The notes under the pieces were generated by a model. It worked only from the letters and a program-made list of their open reading frames with translations. It was not told the origin of the DNA and ran no database searches. Positions 52,343-62,606 of a DNA stretch of 64,000 nt are shown piece by piece; the stretch's first letter is position 1; the number at the start of each line of letters is the position of its first letter. A program made the position numbers and the translations under genes. The DNA lies in NCBI GenBank assembly GCA_963728405.1, contig CAVSJV010000017.1, positions 256,001-320,000 of the forward strand. Direction: 5' to 3'. The DNA comes from Methanomassiliicoccaceae archaeon (GTDB lineage: Archaea > Thermoplasmatota > Thermoplasmata > Methanomassiliicoccales > Methanomassiliicoccaceae).

Positions 52343-52846
52343 TCAATAATGCTCGTTCCGCTTCTCTAGATATACGAACGATAGAGCATCGCTGACCCTC
52401 TCGGTCCGAATGGGGGCATAGCCGAGGTCCCGATAGAAGGGGCGGTTCCGCGGATGGTCCGCCCGGGTGAACAGCTCATATCTATGGGCCCGGGGATAGG
52501 ATCGTTCGATCGCCATCATCAGGGCCTTACCGATCCCCTTCCTCCAGTAAGCGGGGTGCACGACCAAACGGCTGATCATGCAGGTGTCCCCCTCGACCCG
52601 GGCCCGGACCGACCCGATGATCGTTCCGTTCTCGACCATTTTCAGGACGACCCCCGAGGCAAACTCCTTCTTGAGCTCGTCCAGGGTCTGGGCCATCGGC
52701 TTGATATTGTGGTCCCCGACATGCTCAGCCTCCTCCCGGAATGCCAACCTCTGGAGCCTTAGGATCTCAGGCAGGTCCGCTTCAGTGGCTCTAGAAATCA
52801 TCACAGGAAGATGCGGCTGAAACGATATGGCGTTTTGGTCTGACAT
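52343..52846 (-). CDS. GNAT-family acetyltransferase
   Basis: ISRLVVHP...RKGIG, N..FY..LGY. Confidence 0.9.
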   Translation of the reverse strand: MSDQNAISFQPHLPVMISRATEADLPEILRLQRLAFREEAEHVGDHNIKPMAQTLDELKKEFASGVVLKMVENGTIIGSVRARVEGDTCMISRLVVHPAYWRKGIGKALMMAIERSYPRAHRYELFTRADHPRNRPFYRDLGYAPIRTERVSDALSFVYLEKRNEHY

Positions 52847-53069
52847 ATCACATAGGATGTGTACACGAGGCCAGAGACCAAAGACGAGCGACAGTTAGCA
52901 AAGGGGAGCTTGCCCATTCAAGAAGTCCACCTGATCCGAGGGATAGGTTCACGGCCATGTCCCAGCGATCTAATGAACGCCAGAATTGAATCAAGTAACG
53001 TATATATATCTCAGGTCGCGAAAAGTTCATACCCAAATGATTTCAACCAGTTTTGACATGGTCTTGACG

Positions 53070-55018
53070 ATGAAGGAAGAGATGAGCGCGTTCGACATCC
53101 TGGCCATGACCGGGGAGATGCAGTCCCTGGTGGGCGGGTACCTGGACAAGGTGTTCCATTGGGATGTCAAGAACGTCCTCTTGCGGATCAATACCCAGAC
53201 CCAGGGAAAGAAAGAGCTGATGCTCCAGGACATGCGGTGGCTGTACGTCAGCGCCGGAGAAGCCGGAGATGCCGGACATGCCCTCCCAGTTCGCGGTGAA
53301 CCTTCGCAAGTACCTGACCAACTGCCGCATCACGGCCGTCCACCAGCAGGAGTTCGACCGCATCGTCATCCTAGATATGGAGAAGGGGCCGAACCGATAC
53401 AAGGTCATCATCGAGCTGTTCGGAGGCGGCAACCTAGTGTTGGTGTCAGAAGGCAAGATCCTCAATTCTGTTCACTCCCACAAATGGCGGCACCGGGAGG
53501 TCCGCCCCGGGCTCGAATACTTCTTCCCGCCGTCGCGGTTCAATCCCCGGGCGATGGACGAGGAATCGTTCCGGAAGGCCATGCTCTCCTCGACCTCCGA
53601 TATCGTAAGGACGATCGCCACCGCCATCAACGTCGGCGGGCAGTATGCCGAGGAAACGTGCATTAGGGCCGGCCTGGACAAGGACCGCAAGGCCAAGAGC
53701 CTAACGCCTGAAGAGGTGCACAAGCTGTACGAGACCCTGGACCTTTTGCTCAAGGAGGCCTTGAGCAACCTGCGGCCCCGCGAGATCCTGGAGAACGGGA
53801 AGCCCGCCGATGTGACGCCAGTGCCTCTGATGCAGTACGCCGGCCGCGAGGTTCGGGAGCACCCCACCTTCTCGGACGCCATCCACAGCTACATCTCCAA
53901 CCGCGAGCCGTCGGCCGGACCGGTCGAGGACCCCGAGGCCCAGCGGCTCCGCCGCCAGATGGACCAACAAAGTACGGCGGTAGAAGTACAGCTGGCCGAA
54001 GCCAAGGGCTATGCCGAGGAAGCCGAGGCCATCTATTCGGACTACATGGGGGTGGACGCGCTGCTCAAGCAACTCAAGCAGGTGACCGAGGGCCTAAACT
54101 GGGAGCGGGCCAGGGAGGCGCTTTCCGAGATTCCTGGCCTGGTCAAGCTCCTGCCGGAAGATCACAGCGTCGTCGCCACTATCGCCGGTAAGGAGGTCAC
54201 CCTCGATTACACCCTCGGCGTCGAGGGCAACGCCAATGCCCTCTACCAGAAAGGAAAGGAGTGCAAGGACAAGATGCAGGGCGCCCAGGAGGCGCTGAAA
54301 GAGACGGAACGCCGCCTGGCCCAGAAAGTGAAGGAGGGAGAGAGCCGAAAGAAAGAGGCCAAGAAGGCCGTGCGCAAGACCAAGGAGTTCTGGTTCGAGC
54401 GATACAAGTGGTTCATCACCTCGGGGAACCGGCTGGTCCTGGCGGGGAGGGACGCTCACAGCAACGATCAGCTGGTGAAGAAGCATCTCAAGACCACCGA
54501 ACGTTTCGCCCACGCCGATGTCCATGGGGCGCCCAGCGTGGTGATCGTCAACGGGGCCGAGGCCGACGAGCAGGAGATGATCGAGACCTGCACCTTCGCC
54601 TTAGCCCACTCGAAGGCGTGGATGGCCGGCGCCTCGGAGGGCACGGCCTACTGGGTCCTGCCGGACCAGGTGAGCAAAATGGCCCAGGCTGGGGAGTTCG
54701 TGCCCCGGGGAGGGTTCGTGATCAGGGGCAAGAGGAACTACATCTACCATCTACCGCTGGAGCTGGCGGTAGGGGAGATCGTCCACGAGGGAGAGAGAAA
54801 GGTCATGTGCGGCCCGCTGCCCGCGGTGCAGGCCCATTCGTCGAAGTACAGTGATCATCCAGCCGTCCCGGGGGGAGCGGGGCAAGACCGCTTCCCACCT
54901 CTCCAAGCTGTTCGAGGTGCCGGAGGAGGAGATCTCCCGCATCCTGCCGCCGGGGGACGCCGAGGTGGTAAGCACCGAGGGCATGGATGAAGAACCGGAG
55001 AGGTTGGATGAGACCTAG
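53070..55018 (+). CDS. rqcH: Ribosome quality-control factor Rqc2/RqcH (NFACT); frameshifts near 53255 and 54850
   Basis: MSAFDI, FDRIV, ELFGGGN, WFERYKWFITS, GRDA..ND.LVKK, HAD.HGAP, GGF.IRGKRNY. Confidence 0.9.
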
Positions 55019-55095
55019 ATAACGATCCGAGAAGGACCCGGTACAGAGTTCTGGAGAGAAAAGGGACGATCGCGGTGAGGGGGAAAGGCGAAAAG

Positions 55096-55169
55096 CGCCC
55101 GAGCCGGGATTCGAACCCGGGTCTAAAGATCCGCAATCTTTTAGGATATCCAAGCTACCCCACTCGGGC
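55096..55169 (-). tRNA. tRNA-Arg(GCG)
   Basis: GCCCGAG/CTCGGGC acceptor, AAAGA-TT GCG GA-TCTTT, GGTTCGAATCC; TTTAAA box about 25 nt upstream. Confidence 0.95.
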
Positions 55170-55412
55170 AATGTCCTGTAATATCTCCCCCTTTAAACAT
55201 TTTGCTAGGGAACTTCGCTTCCCCATATGACCCTGGCACCGGAATGGGCCTTCTGATTATCATTCTATATAACAGAATAGGAACGTCCTTAAATCCTACC
55301 AGCGTCGAAGCCAACGGGTGGGAAAATAGACAAGGATTTCCGCATCTGGGTAGAGCTTGCATCCAGGAAACGCAAGTGTCAACGTTGTAGCAGCGACATC
55401 CTCAAAGGGGTC

Positions 55413-55652
55413 ATGTTCGTCCGCATGGGGAACAAGGAGAAGGTCAAGACCTCCACCTGCATGTGTGCCCCCTGCTTTGAAAAGGTGATGAGCGATCTTT
55501 CCGAGGAGTTCCAGGGCATGAAGGAGCTGGTCCTGCCCACTTCGAAGGAGGCGGGATCGGAGAAGCCAGTACCGATGGACCCGGGCCCCCATTGCTTCGG
55601 TTGCGGGCTGGTGCCAGAGAAATGCCGGTGCGCCTGGGAAGCGTATCGCTAG
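55413..55652 (+). CDS. Small Cys-rich hypothetical protein
   Basis: CMCAPC ... CFGCG...CRC. Confidence 0.55.
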   Translation: MFVRMGNKEKVKTSTCMCAPCFEKVMSDLSEEFQGMKELVLPTSKEAGSEKPVPMDPGPHCFGCGLVPEKCRCAWEAYR

Positions 55653-56513
55653 TACGAGATCGTGGTCATGTCGATCTTCCCTTTTTGCCTGGCCACTTTG
55701 TCCGCGTAACGGAAGATAGCAAGGGATAGGCCCAGGAAGACCAGCGCGGACACGGTCAGGAACAGCAGGATGGTGGGGACGGAGAACGCCCCCAGCCCGC
55801 TGATGGCCTCGATGCCCCCGCCGGGGTACAGGGACCGACGGACCAGCTCAAGCCAATAGGTGATGGGTATGGACAGACCGAGGACCTGCCCCCAGATCGG
55901 CAGAACAGTGATGGGAAAGACCGTTCCGCAGAAGAGGTAGAACGCCCCGCCGATGCCCTCGTTGATGCCGGCGCTGTGCTTCGCGGTGAGGAAAGAGACC
56001 CCCGCCAGGGCGATGCCGATGGTGAGGATGCACCCCAGGCCGATGAGCCATGGCCAGAGCGAACAGGGGCCAATCGACCTGCCCGAGGTCCAGCGGCAGG
56101 CCCAGGGCGACCATCCCGAAGGCGATGGAGATGACCACCGATAAGCTGGTCAACACCAGCTTGCTCATGGCCCTCCCGATGATGTACACGTAGAACGACA
56201 TGGGGGCGATGTAGACCTGCTTGAGGGTCTGATAATGCTCCCGGTCCTCGTGGATGACGTAGGTGACGCCGAACAGCACCTGGGCCACGAACATGTAGAA
56301 CGCCGCCCCCAGATAGACGAACGAGAAGAGCGCGGGGTCGCTGGCCACGTCCTGCTTGACGATGACGAACATGAGGACCAGGATCAGGGTGGCAGCTATC
56401 GGTCGGGCGATCGAATAAATGAGAAAGAGCCACGGCCGGGTCCAATTCGATTCCATCTGCCAGCCCAGCCAAGCCGCGTTGCGGAAGGTGCGGAGATGAT
56501 CGCTCATTGCCAT
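55649..56513 (-). CDS. ABC-2 type permease; frameshift near 56045
   Basis: Multiple TMs, EDREHY.TLK..YIAP, CGTVFPI..LP in the alternate frame. Confidence 0.85.
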
Positions 56514-57316
56514 CGGAGGGTCAGCCTCCCTTCCCGGCGGCCGAGGTTCTCCATGTAGCGCAGGGAGTACCTGGCCAGCATCAGGAACATGACCGCCAGG
56601 ACGCAGAGGATCGCCAGTTCGGTGGCGACCGGCAGGAAGCCGTTGGAGATCGGGCCGAACAGTTCCTGGCGCATGGCGTCAAGGCCTAGAGTGATAGGTA
56701 TGATCGAGGCAACGGCACTGATCCAGATTCCCAGCGACCTCACCGGGAAGTAGAACCCCGAGACCAGGTAGATGGGTTCCTGCATCAGGTTCGAGACGTT
56801 CCAGGCATCGCGGCCGTACAGCATGAACAGGGAAGCGAACATCATCCCCATCCCGTAGATGGCCACCAAGGTCACCAGGAACACCGCCACCAGCAGGAAG
56901 GGATCGACCACCATCATATGGACATTGAAGATCAGGATCCCCAGCAGCAATGTGGACAGAGCCCTGAGACCGGCGGAGAGCATACCTCCCAGGGCCATCC
57001 CGGCCAGCAGGGCCATGCGTGACATGGGGGAGATCATGAACAGCTGCAGGTTGCCGGTCTCCTTCTCCCAATAGAACTGCGAGGCCATGCCCCACAGCAC
57101 GTTGAGCCAGAAGGCGGTCATGGCACCCCCCAGCACGACGAAACCCTCGAACGATGGGTCCGCTCCCAGCGAACGATAGTAGTAGATGTAGGCAGCGATG
57201 CCCATGAGCGGCAGGAAGATCTCGAAGAACGCCCAGGACGGTTCCCTGGCCGCCCCAATGACCCGAGGGTAGGCCCGGCCGACGGTAGCCCGGAGGTTCA
57301 GCTTCCAGTCGGTTAT
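56504..57316 (-). CDS. ABC-2 type permease; apparent ATA start overlapping the ATPase stop
   Basis: WEKETGNL, SGFYFPV; frame open for 37 codons upstream of ATG 57205. Confidence 0.85.
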   Translation of the reverse strand: MTDWKLNLRATVGRAYPRVIGAAREPSWAFFEIFLPLMGIAAYIYYYRSLGADPSFEGFVVLGGAMTAFWLNVLWGMASQFYWEKETGNLQLFMISPMSRMALLAGMALGGMLSAGLRALSTLLLGILIFNVHMMVVDPFLLVAVFLVTLVAIYGMGMMFASLFMLYGRDAWNVSNLMQEPIYLVSGFYFPVRSLGIWISAVASIIPITLGLDAMRQELFGPISNGFLPVATELAILCVLAVMFLMLARYSLRYMENLGRREGRLTLRWQ

Positions 57317-58269
57317 CCCAATCCTCTCCCCACCATCTTGATGAACACGTCCTCCAGGGTGACCTCGCTCTTGCTGAGGTAAAGGACCTTGGCCCCCTGG
57401 CCGACCACGGTGGATATCACATCGGAGATGGCGGACTCGTCCTCCATGACCAGGCGGACCTTCTGCCCGCCGTTCCAGTCCTCCGCGCTCATGCCCTGCA
57501 CCCCTCGGATCGACGAGAGGATGGAGGCGTCGAAGGGGGTGGTGTCCAGCAGGAAGGTCGAGGAATGGTTCATCTGCCGCTTGAGGTTGTAGGGGGAGTC
57601 ACAGGCCAGGATGGTCCCTCGATCGATGATGGCCACACGATCGCACAGCTCCTCAGCCTCCTTCATGTAATGGGTCGTCAGCAGCAGCGTGCGGCCCTCC
57701 TTGGCCCGGACCCAGGCCCGGATATAGTCCCGAATGACCCGGCTCGTATTGACGTCGAGCCCAAGCGTTGGCTCGTCTAGGAAGATGAGCTGGGGGTCGG
57801 TGACGAAGCCCCTGATGATGTTCATCCGCTGCCGCTGCCCGGTCGAGATGGTCCGCACCTTGGCATCGGCCTTGTCCTCGAGGCCGAACACCTTCAGCAT
57901 CCCGTCGATGCGCTCCTTGGCCACGTCGCCCGGAACGCCGTAGAACTGAGAGAACATCCAGAGGTTCTCCCGGACGGTCAGCAGCCCGTAACCGGACACT
58001 TCCCCTCCGGAAACCATGTTGATGCGCGGCCGGATCTTGTGCGCTTCCCTGGCCACGTCATGACCGAGCACCTTGGCCGAGCCGGAGCTGGGCAGAAGCA
58101 AGGTACAAAGGATCTTGATGAGGGTGGTCTTACCGGCGCCGTTCGGACCGAGCAGCCCGAAGAGCTCGCCCTCCTTGACCCTAAGGTCCAGATGCTCGAG
58201 GGCGACCGTGCTGCTCTTCTTCCCCGAGAAGACCCGGGAGAGGGACTCCACCTCCAAGGCGTAGGCCAT
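57313..58269 (-). CDS. ABC exporter ATP-binding protein (DrrA-like)
   Basis: GPNGAGKTT, STGQRQR, LDEPT.GLD, TTHY..EAE. Confidence 0.93.
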   Translation of the reverse strand: MAYALEVESLSRVFSGKKSSTVALEHLDLRVKEGELFGLLGPNGAGKTTLIKILCTLLLPSSGSAKVLGHDVAREAHKIRPRINMVSGGEVSGYGLLTVRENLWMFSQFYGVPGDVAKERIDGMLKVFGLEDKADAKVRTISTGQRQRMNIIRGFVTDPQLIFLDEPTLGLDVNTSRVIRDYIRAWVRAKEGRTLLLTTHYMKEAEELCDRVAIIDRGTILACDSPYNLKRQMNHSSTFLLDTTPFDASILSSIRGVQGMSAEDWNGGQKVRLVMEDESAISDVISTVVGQGAKVLYLSKSEVTLEDVFIKMVGRGLG

Positions 58270-58314
58270 ATGGCCGGCCAGAAGCTTGTTGCTAGAAAAA
58301 GGTATCGCGCCGTT

Positions 58315-58506
58315 CTACTGGTCCATGTTTTGCCAGTAGGTCGTGACGTATCCAGCGATGCGGTTTCGCATCATTCTGCTCTCAACGGTCGTCAACTTGG
58401 ATACCAGCACCTTGTTGTTCTCGAAGTCAGCGTTAAAGACTGTGGGATACTTCTGGCAGAGATCGATGGCGATCCTCTTGATGTAATTGGGGCGTATGTT
58501 TCCCAT
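58315..58506 (-). CDS. rps17e: 30S ribosomal protein S17e
   Basis: [25 protein letters not shown]; AGGTGA SD and TATATA box upstream. Confidence 0.95.
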   Translation of the reverse strand: MGNIRPNYIKRIAIDLCQKYPTVFNADFENNKVLVSKLTTVESRMMRNRIAGYVTTYWQNMDQ

Positions 58507-58614
58507 GAATGTCACCTTAAGTATCTCGGGTTAAGCTGAAACTATATATAATCCTTTTTCCCGCGAACGGAACGCGATGTTACCCACAAAGCCAGCAGGT
58601 TCATTTTATCTCCT

Positions 58615-59505
58615 ATGGGCCCAAAGCTCCAACCTATGACCTGGACCAGGGAGCTGTTGCAGGAGCTGCGCCGCCCTCTACTGGCCATTGGCTGTGTGTT
58701 CTTCGCCTTCCTCCTGGCGGTGATGATACTATCCGCGGCCGTTGGCATATGGCCGCCCTTCATGGCAGTGGAATCGAAGAGCATGCAGCATAGTGGGGAC
58801 ACCAGCCAGGTAGGGGTCATCGATACCGGGGACGTGGTGGTGGCCCGCCATACTTCCGGACCGGACGATATCAGGACCTATGTCGGTTCGATCGTCGATG
58901 GCCATCGAAGCTATGGGGAGTATGGCGATGTCGTCATTTACAAGATGTCGAACGAGCAGACCCCCATCGTACACCGGGCCATATGCAATTTGATCTACAA
59001 TGGCAGCGGCGGCTTTGACATTCCCGAGCTATCCAACGTACCGACCCAACTCTGGGACGCTCCAGGAGCGGAGGGGAGGTGGTGGGGATTGGGCCAGAGC
59101 GTAGACCTGTTCCAGGTCGGGTATTCGAAGGTCACGGTGCACATCGACCTGACCTATCTGCTGGCCAGCATGGGGCCGTCCCCCCACGGTGGACTGATCA
59201 CGATGGGCGACAACAATTGGTTCGACCGGGGCGGGGAGAGGTTCGGATTGATCGACCAAGGCAGCTTGATGGATGGCCCGCTGCCCTGGGAATGGATCAT
59301 CGGCAAGGTCACCGGTGAGATACCATGGATGGGCTCGCTGAAGTTGTGGATGACCGGCACCGCCCCGGACTACCTTCCCCGGAACAGTGTTGTGAATCTG
59401 AGCGTGGTCATCGGCGCTACCATCGCTCTCCCGATGGCCTTTTGGACGCTGACCGCCTGGTCCGAGGGAGGTTCGGAGAAGAGGAAGCAAAAAAGGGATC
59501 GCTGA
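58615..59505 (+). CDS. S26-family (archaeal) signal peptidase I
   Basis: VES.SMQH, DTGD, GDVVIY, PIVHRA, TMGDNN, IIGK. Confidence 0.85.
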   Translation: MGPKLQPMTWTRELLQELRRPLLAIGCVFFAFLLAVMILSAAVGIWPPFMAVESKSMQHSGDTSQVGVIDTGDVVVARHTSGPDDIRTYVGSIVDGHRSYGEYGDVVIYKMSNEQTPIVHRAICNLIYNGSGGFDIPELSNVPTQLWDAPGAEGRWWGLGQSVDLFQVGYSKVTVHIDLTYLLASMGPSPHGGLITMGDNNWFDRGGERFGLIDQGSLMDGPLPWEWIIGKVTGEIPWMGSLKLWMTGTAPDYLPRNSVVNLSVVIGATIALPMAFWTLTAWSEGGSEKRKQKRDR

Positions 59506-59536
59506 TGGGCGGCGCGGATCTCTCCAGGCGTCCGCC

Positions 59537-61135
59537 TCAGGGCCGCCGGAGCTCGTTCCGAGGCTTTCCGCAGGACATCTTGCCCTCGGGACATCGACCG
59601 CGGGAGATGCAGGGCGGTCCGGCGTTCTTGAAAATGAACGGCGATGCCTCCTGGGCCTGGCGCAACATCTCGTCGGCCATCTCGCGAATCTCATGTTGAG
59701 CGCGGCGGCAGGTCCGGAGCTCGAAGAAGTGCCACAGCTCGCGGGCGTTCATCGTGACCGTGATATTGGTCGCACAGGCGTTGGGGAGGATGTAACGGGC
59801 GTCCTCGACGGGGACCTTCTTGGCCAAGGCCTCGTACTCAGCCCAGATGTGTTCCATCAGTGCCCGGTACCGCTTCTCCAGCTCCGGGTCGGCGGCGATG
59901 GTCGGCGGCACCACGTACTCGGCCTCCTCTAGCTTCACATAACGCTGCGACTGCTGAGAATTGTGAACCACGAATCCATTTGCGATGAAATTGTGATGCG
60001 GCCCTTTCATTTCAATATCGTACGTTTCCTCCTGGCCAACATATTCTATCGAACGTATAGTGGATAACCTCACGCATTTGATGACAAAACCCTTATGGAC
60101 AATCTTATGACATTTTATACAAAGCTCGATTAGATTTGATTCGTCGTGATTCCGTGGGTTATGATCGATATGGTGAATCTGTGTTTCGACTCCATCTGAT
60201 CCGCATAAACTACATGATTGTCTTTTTTCGAAGATCCTATGAGCTCGTTGATACGCACCACCGATGGAAACAGCATCACCTTTGAACATAGGGTTATCGG
60301 AGCCGTACCTTTTTGTCGAATGATATATCCCTTTCATTTTCCTTGAGACCCTAGATAGGGGCTCATAATCCACTTTGGTTCTTCCGAAGTTCGGAGGGCT
60401 CTTCCCAACACACCAGCTTCCCATCGGTTTCTGGATGCCGTGTTTTTTTACCCATGCACAAATAGTGTGTTTGGAAACGCCACATATGTAAGCAATTTTC
60501 TCTTGAGAGAGACTTTTATTGATGTACGCATCTGAGAGCCATTCCCGATCCTTATAGGGTTCGATGCCATTGGTATAAACTTTGTCTCCTACGCTCAACG
60601 AGCTTAGTTGTTCAAAGCCATTATTGGTTAGGAAACGATGTTCCATCGTCGATTTAATCTCGTAACCGTCATTTGTTATTACTCGAAATACATCTTTCAG
60701 ACCTGAATATATTACCTGATTAATGTTTTCTGATTGTATCATCTTCGATGCGTAGTCTATGCACCTAATCTTTACCATTTTCTGATATTGCTCATGCATA
60801 TCGTACAAGGACTTGATGGTCCTCTTTTTTACAGATCTGGAGGGGTTATCAGAAACGACTATAGTATCTCCTGTAACGCAATAAGATGCCACTCTATGTC
60901 TTACTAGTTGATGAGTCAGCACTCTCGACACGCCCTCGATCGAGAAGGTGTAGGACGCATGCTCGATGACCGAGTGATGCCCGCTAGCTAATGGATTACC
61001 TAACCATCTGGCACCCTTAGTCTCATCCCATTCTTCCATCAGCTCGCTAGCTGGCTTATCGGAATAGCATGAATGGGCCGCGGATGCACACAATCGTTCA
61101 GCATCCTTGGTGTAAGAAAGGAGAGTAACGCGCAC
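59537..61135 (-). CDS. thyX: FAD-dependent thymidylate synthase ThyX containing an intein
   Basis: GH.SVIEH, HQLVRHRVASY|SQQSQRYV, EDARY.LP, NAREL.HF..LR.C..AQ.EIR. Confidence 0.95.
   Translation of the reverse strand: MRVTLLSYTKDAERLCASAAHSCYSDKPASELMEEWDETKGARWLGNPLASGHHSVIEHASYTFSIEGVSRVLTHQLVRHRVASYCVTGDTIVVSDNPSRSVKKRTIKSLYDMHEQYQKMVKIRCIDYASKMIQSENINQVIYSGLKDVFRVITNDGYEIKSTMEHRFLTNNGFEQLSSLSVGDKVYTNGIEPYKDREWLSDAYINKSLSQEKIAYICGVSKHTICAWVKKHGIQKPMGSWCVGKSPPNFGRTKVDYEPLSRVSRKMKGIYHSTKRYGSDNPMFKGDAVSIGGAYQRAHRIFEKRQSCSLCGSDGVETQIHHIDHNPRNHDESNLIELCIKCHKIVHKGFVIKCVRLSTIRSIEYVGQEETYDIEMKGPHHNFIANGFVVHNSQQSQRYVKLEEAEYVVPPTIAADPELEKRYRALMEHIWAEYEALAKKVPVEDARYILPNACATNITVTMNARELWHFFELRTCRRAQHEIREMADEMLRQAQEASPFIFKNAGPPCISRGRCPEGKMSCGKPRNELRRP
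59960..60880 (-). mobile_element. 307-aa intein with HTH and HNH homing endonuclease
   Basis: C1-VTGDT, block B T.EHRFLT, block F TYDIEM, HNFIANGFVVHN + Ser(+1); CSLCG...HHIDHNPRN...NL..LC..CH; AT-rich. Confidence 0.93.
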
Positions 61136-61170
61136 GAGGACCAGTATGCCCCAGATAGCTAAAGATTATG

Positions 61171-61899
61171 CTATTGCATGGAGCGCTCAAAATGGAACCG
61201 GGCCTGGGCATTGCTGGGCAGCTGCCGAGCGGCCGAAGGCCCTCCCTGGCTCCGGATGTCCTTCAGGCGGTAGACCTTGACATCGTCGCGGTCCAGCAGC
61301 TGCAAGATGCCGTCCACATGCCCGTCCCCGATGACCACCAGCACGACCGGGAACCGAGAAGCTGCGATATCGATGCGCTTGGCCATCAGCTCGTTCCTCT
61401 CGTCCAGGAGGATGCGCTTCAGGGTGGGGAACTGCTCGCCCATTTGATCGAGATAGACACCTTCGTTCTCCTGGAAGTTGTCCAGCTCCTTCTCTATACG
61501 CTTCTTGCTGATGAACAGGGAGGTGACTGCCGATAAGGTGAGCTTAAGCTTCTCCATGGCCGGCATCTCGCTGTAGAGCCGCCGGAACATGAGGTTGGCG
61601 TCCGCGTCGATGAGCAGCACCTCCGCCCCTAGCCCCTGGGCGGCCTTCGTGGCGGCAAGCATCTCGCTACCGACCTCTCCGCCGTACTGGTGGGCGAGCC
61701 GCTTCTGCATTTTGGCCAGTAAGCGGTAGGTGAGCCTCGCGTTGGTGGGCCCCCCGGGATTGAGGAGCGCTTGATATCGAGCCTGGTCAAGCTCGACCCC
61801 CACCGCGTCGGGATGCTCCTGTTCGATGATCCGCCCGACCTGGTCGGCGATATCGAATACATGCCCGACGCCCAATATTATTATCATCACCAAATTCAT
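61171..61899 (-). CDS. TraB/PrgY-family protein
   Basis: GVGHV, VGVELD..R, G.EM.AA, LID, LLDERN..MA, VIG.GH..GI. Confidence 0.85.
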   Translation of the reverse strand: MNLVMIIILGVGHVFDIADQVGRIIEQEHPDAVGVELDQARYQALLNPGGPTNARLTYRLLAKMQKRLAHQYGGEVGSEMLAATKAAQGLGAEVLLIDADANLMFRRLYSEMPAMEKLKLTLSAVTSLFISKKRIEKELDNFQENEGVYLDQMGEQFPTLKRILLDERNELMAKRIDIAASRFPVVLVVIGDGHVDGILQLLDRDDVKVYRLKDIRSQGGPSAARQLPSNAQARFHFERSMQ

Positions 61900-61939
61900 G
61901 ACAAAAGGTCATTAATAAGCTTTTGATTCTGTTTCCATA

Positions 61940-62606
61940 ATGGATTCTAGCTATGGGCTGGTGGCTTTTGACATGGACGGGGTGCTGGTCGATTACACCA
62001 GTTCCTGGACCTGGGTGCATGAGCATTTCAAGGTCAACAACGAGGCCTCCCTGGTCGCCTATATCGAAGGAAGGATCGATGACCGAGAGTTCATGCGCCG
62101 GGACATCGAGCTGTGGCTGCGGACGAAGAACGACCTGTGCGTCCATGACGTGGAGAAGATACTGCGTCCGGTGCCGATCATCGCCGGCATCAAGGAGACG
62201 GTCAGCGAGCTCCACCGCAAGGGCATGAGGTGCGTCATCGTCAGCGGAGGCCTGGACATGACCGCCCGGAGGATCGCCGAGGAGAACGGTTTCGACGATC
62301 ACATAGCCAACAGTCTGGAGTGCGATGCCCGGGGCCGCTTGACCGGCGAGGGCGTGCTGAGGGTCGAGCTCACCAACAAACGCAAGGCCCTGCGGCAGTT
62401 CCAGGAGCAGTATGGTGTTACTGAAGAGAGGACCGTGGCCATAGGCAACAGCTTCGTGGACGTCTCGATGTTCTCCGGCTCCGGCCTGTCGATCGCCTTC
62501 AACCCCATCGACGACTTCGTGGAGAAGAATGCCGATGTGGTCCTCCGCTCAAGGGACCTTAGGGAACGTGCTCCCTCCGATAATGAGGAACGATCATTCC
62601 CGGTAA
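61940..62606 (+). CDS. HAD-IB phosphoserine phosphatase-like hydrolase; frameshift near 62560 extends the in-silico ORF
   Basis: FDMDGVL, IVSGG, K, AIGNS..DV.MF, IAFNP. Confidence 0.85.

Noticed and set aside
52986-55018. Programmed frameshifting in Rqc2 and other split genes
   Set aside because: No consistent slippery heptamer or stimulatory structure seen, and shifts are scattered across unrelated genes.
3369-58317. General TAG-to-pyrrolysine reassignment
   Set aside because: Many genes, including rps17e, mrp and the CDF, end in TAG at their natural C-terminus, so TAG still works as a stop.
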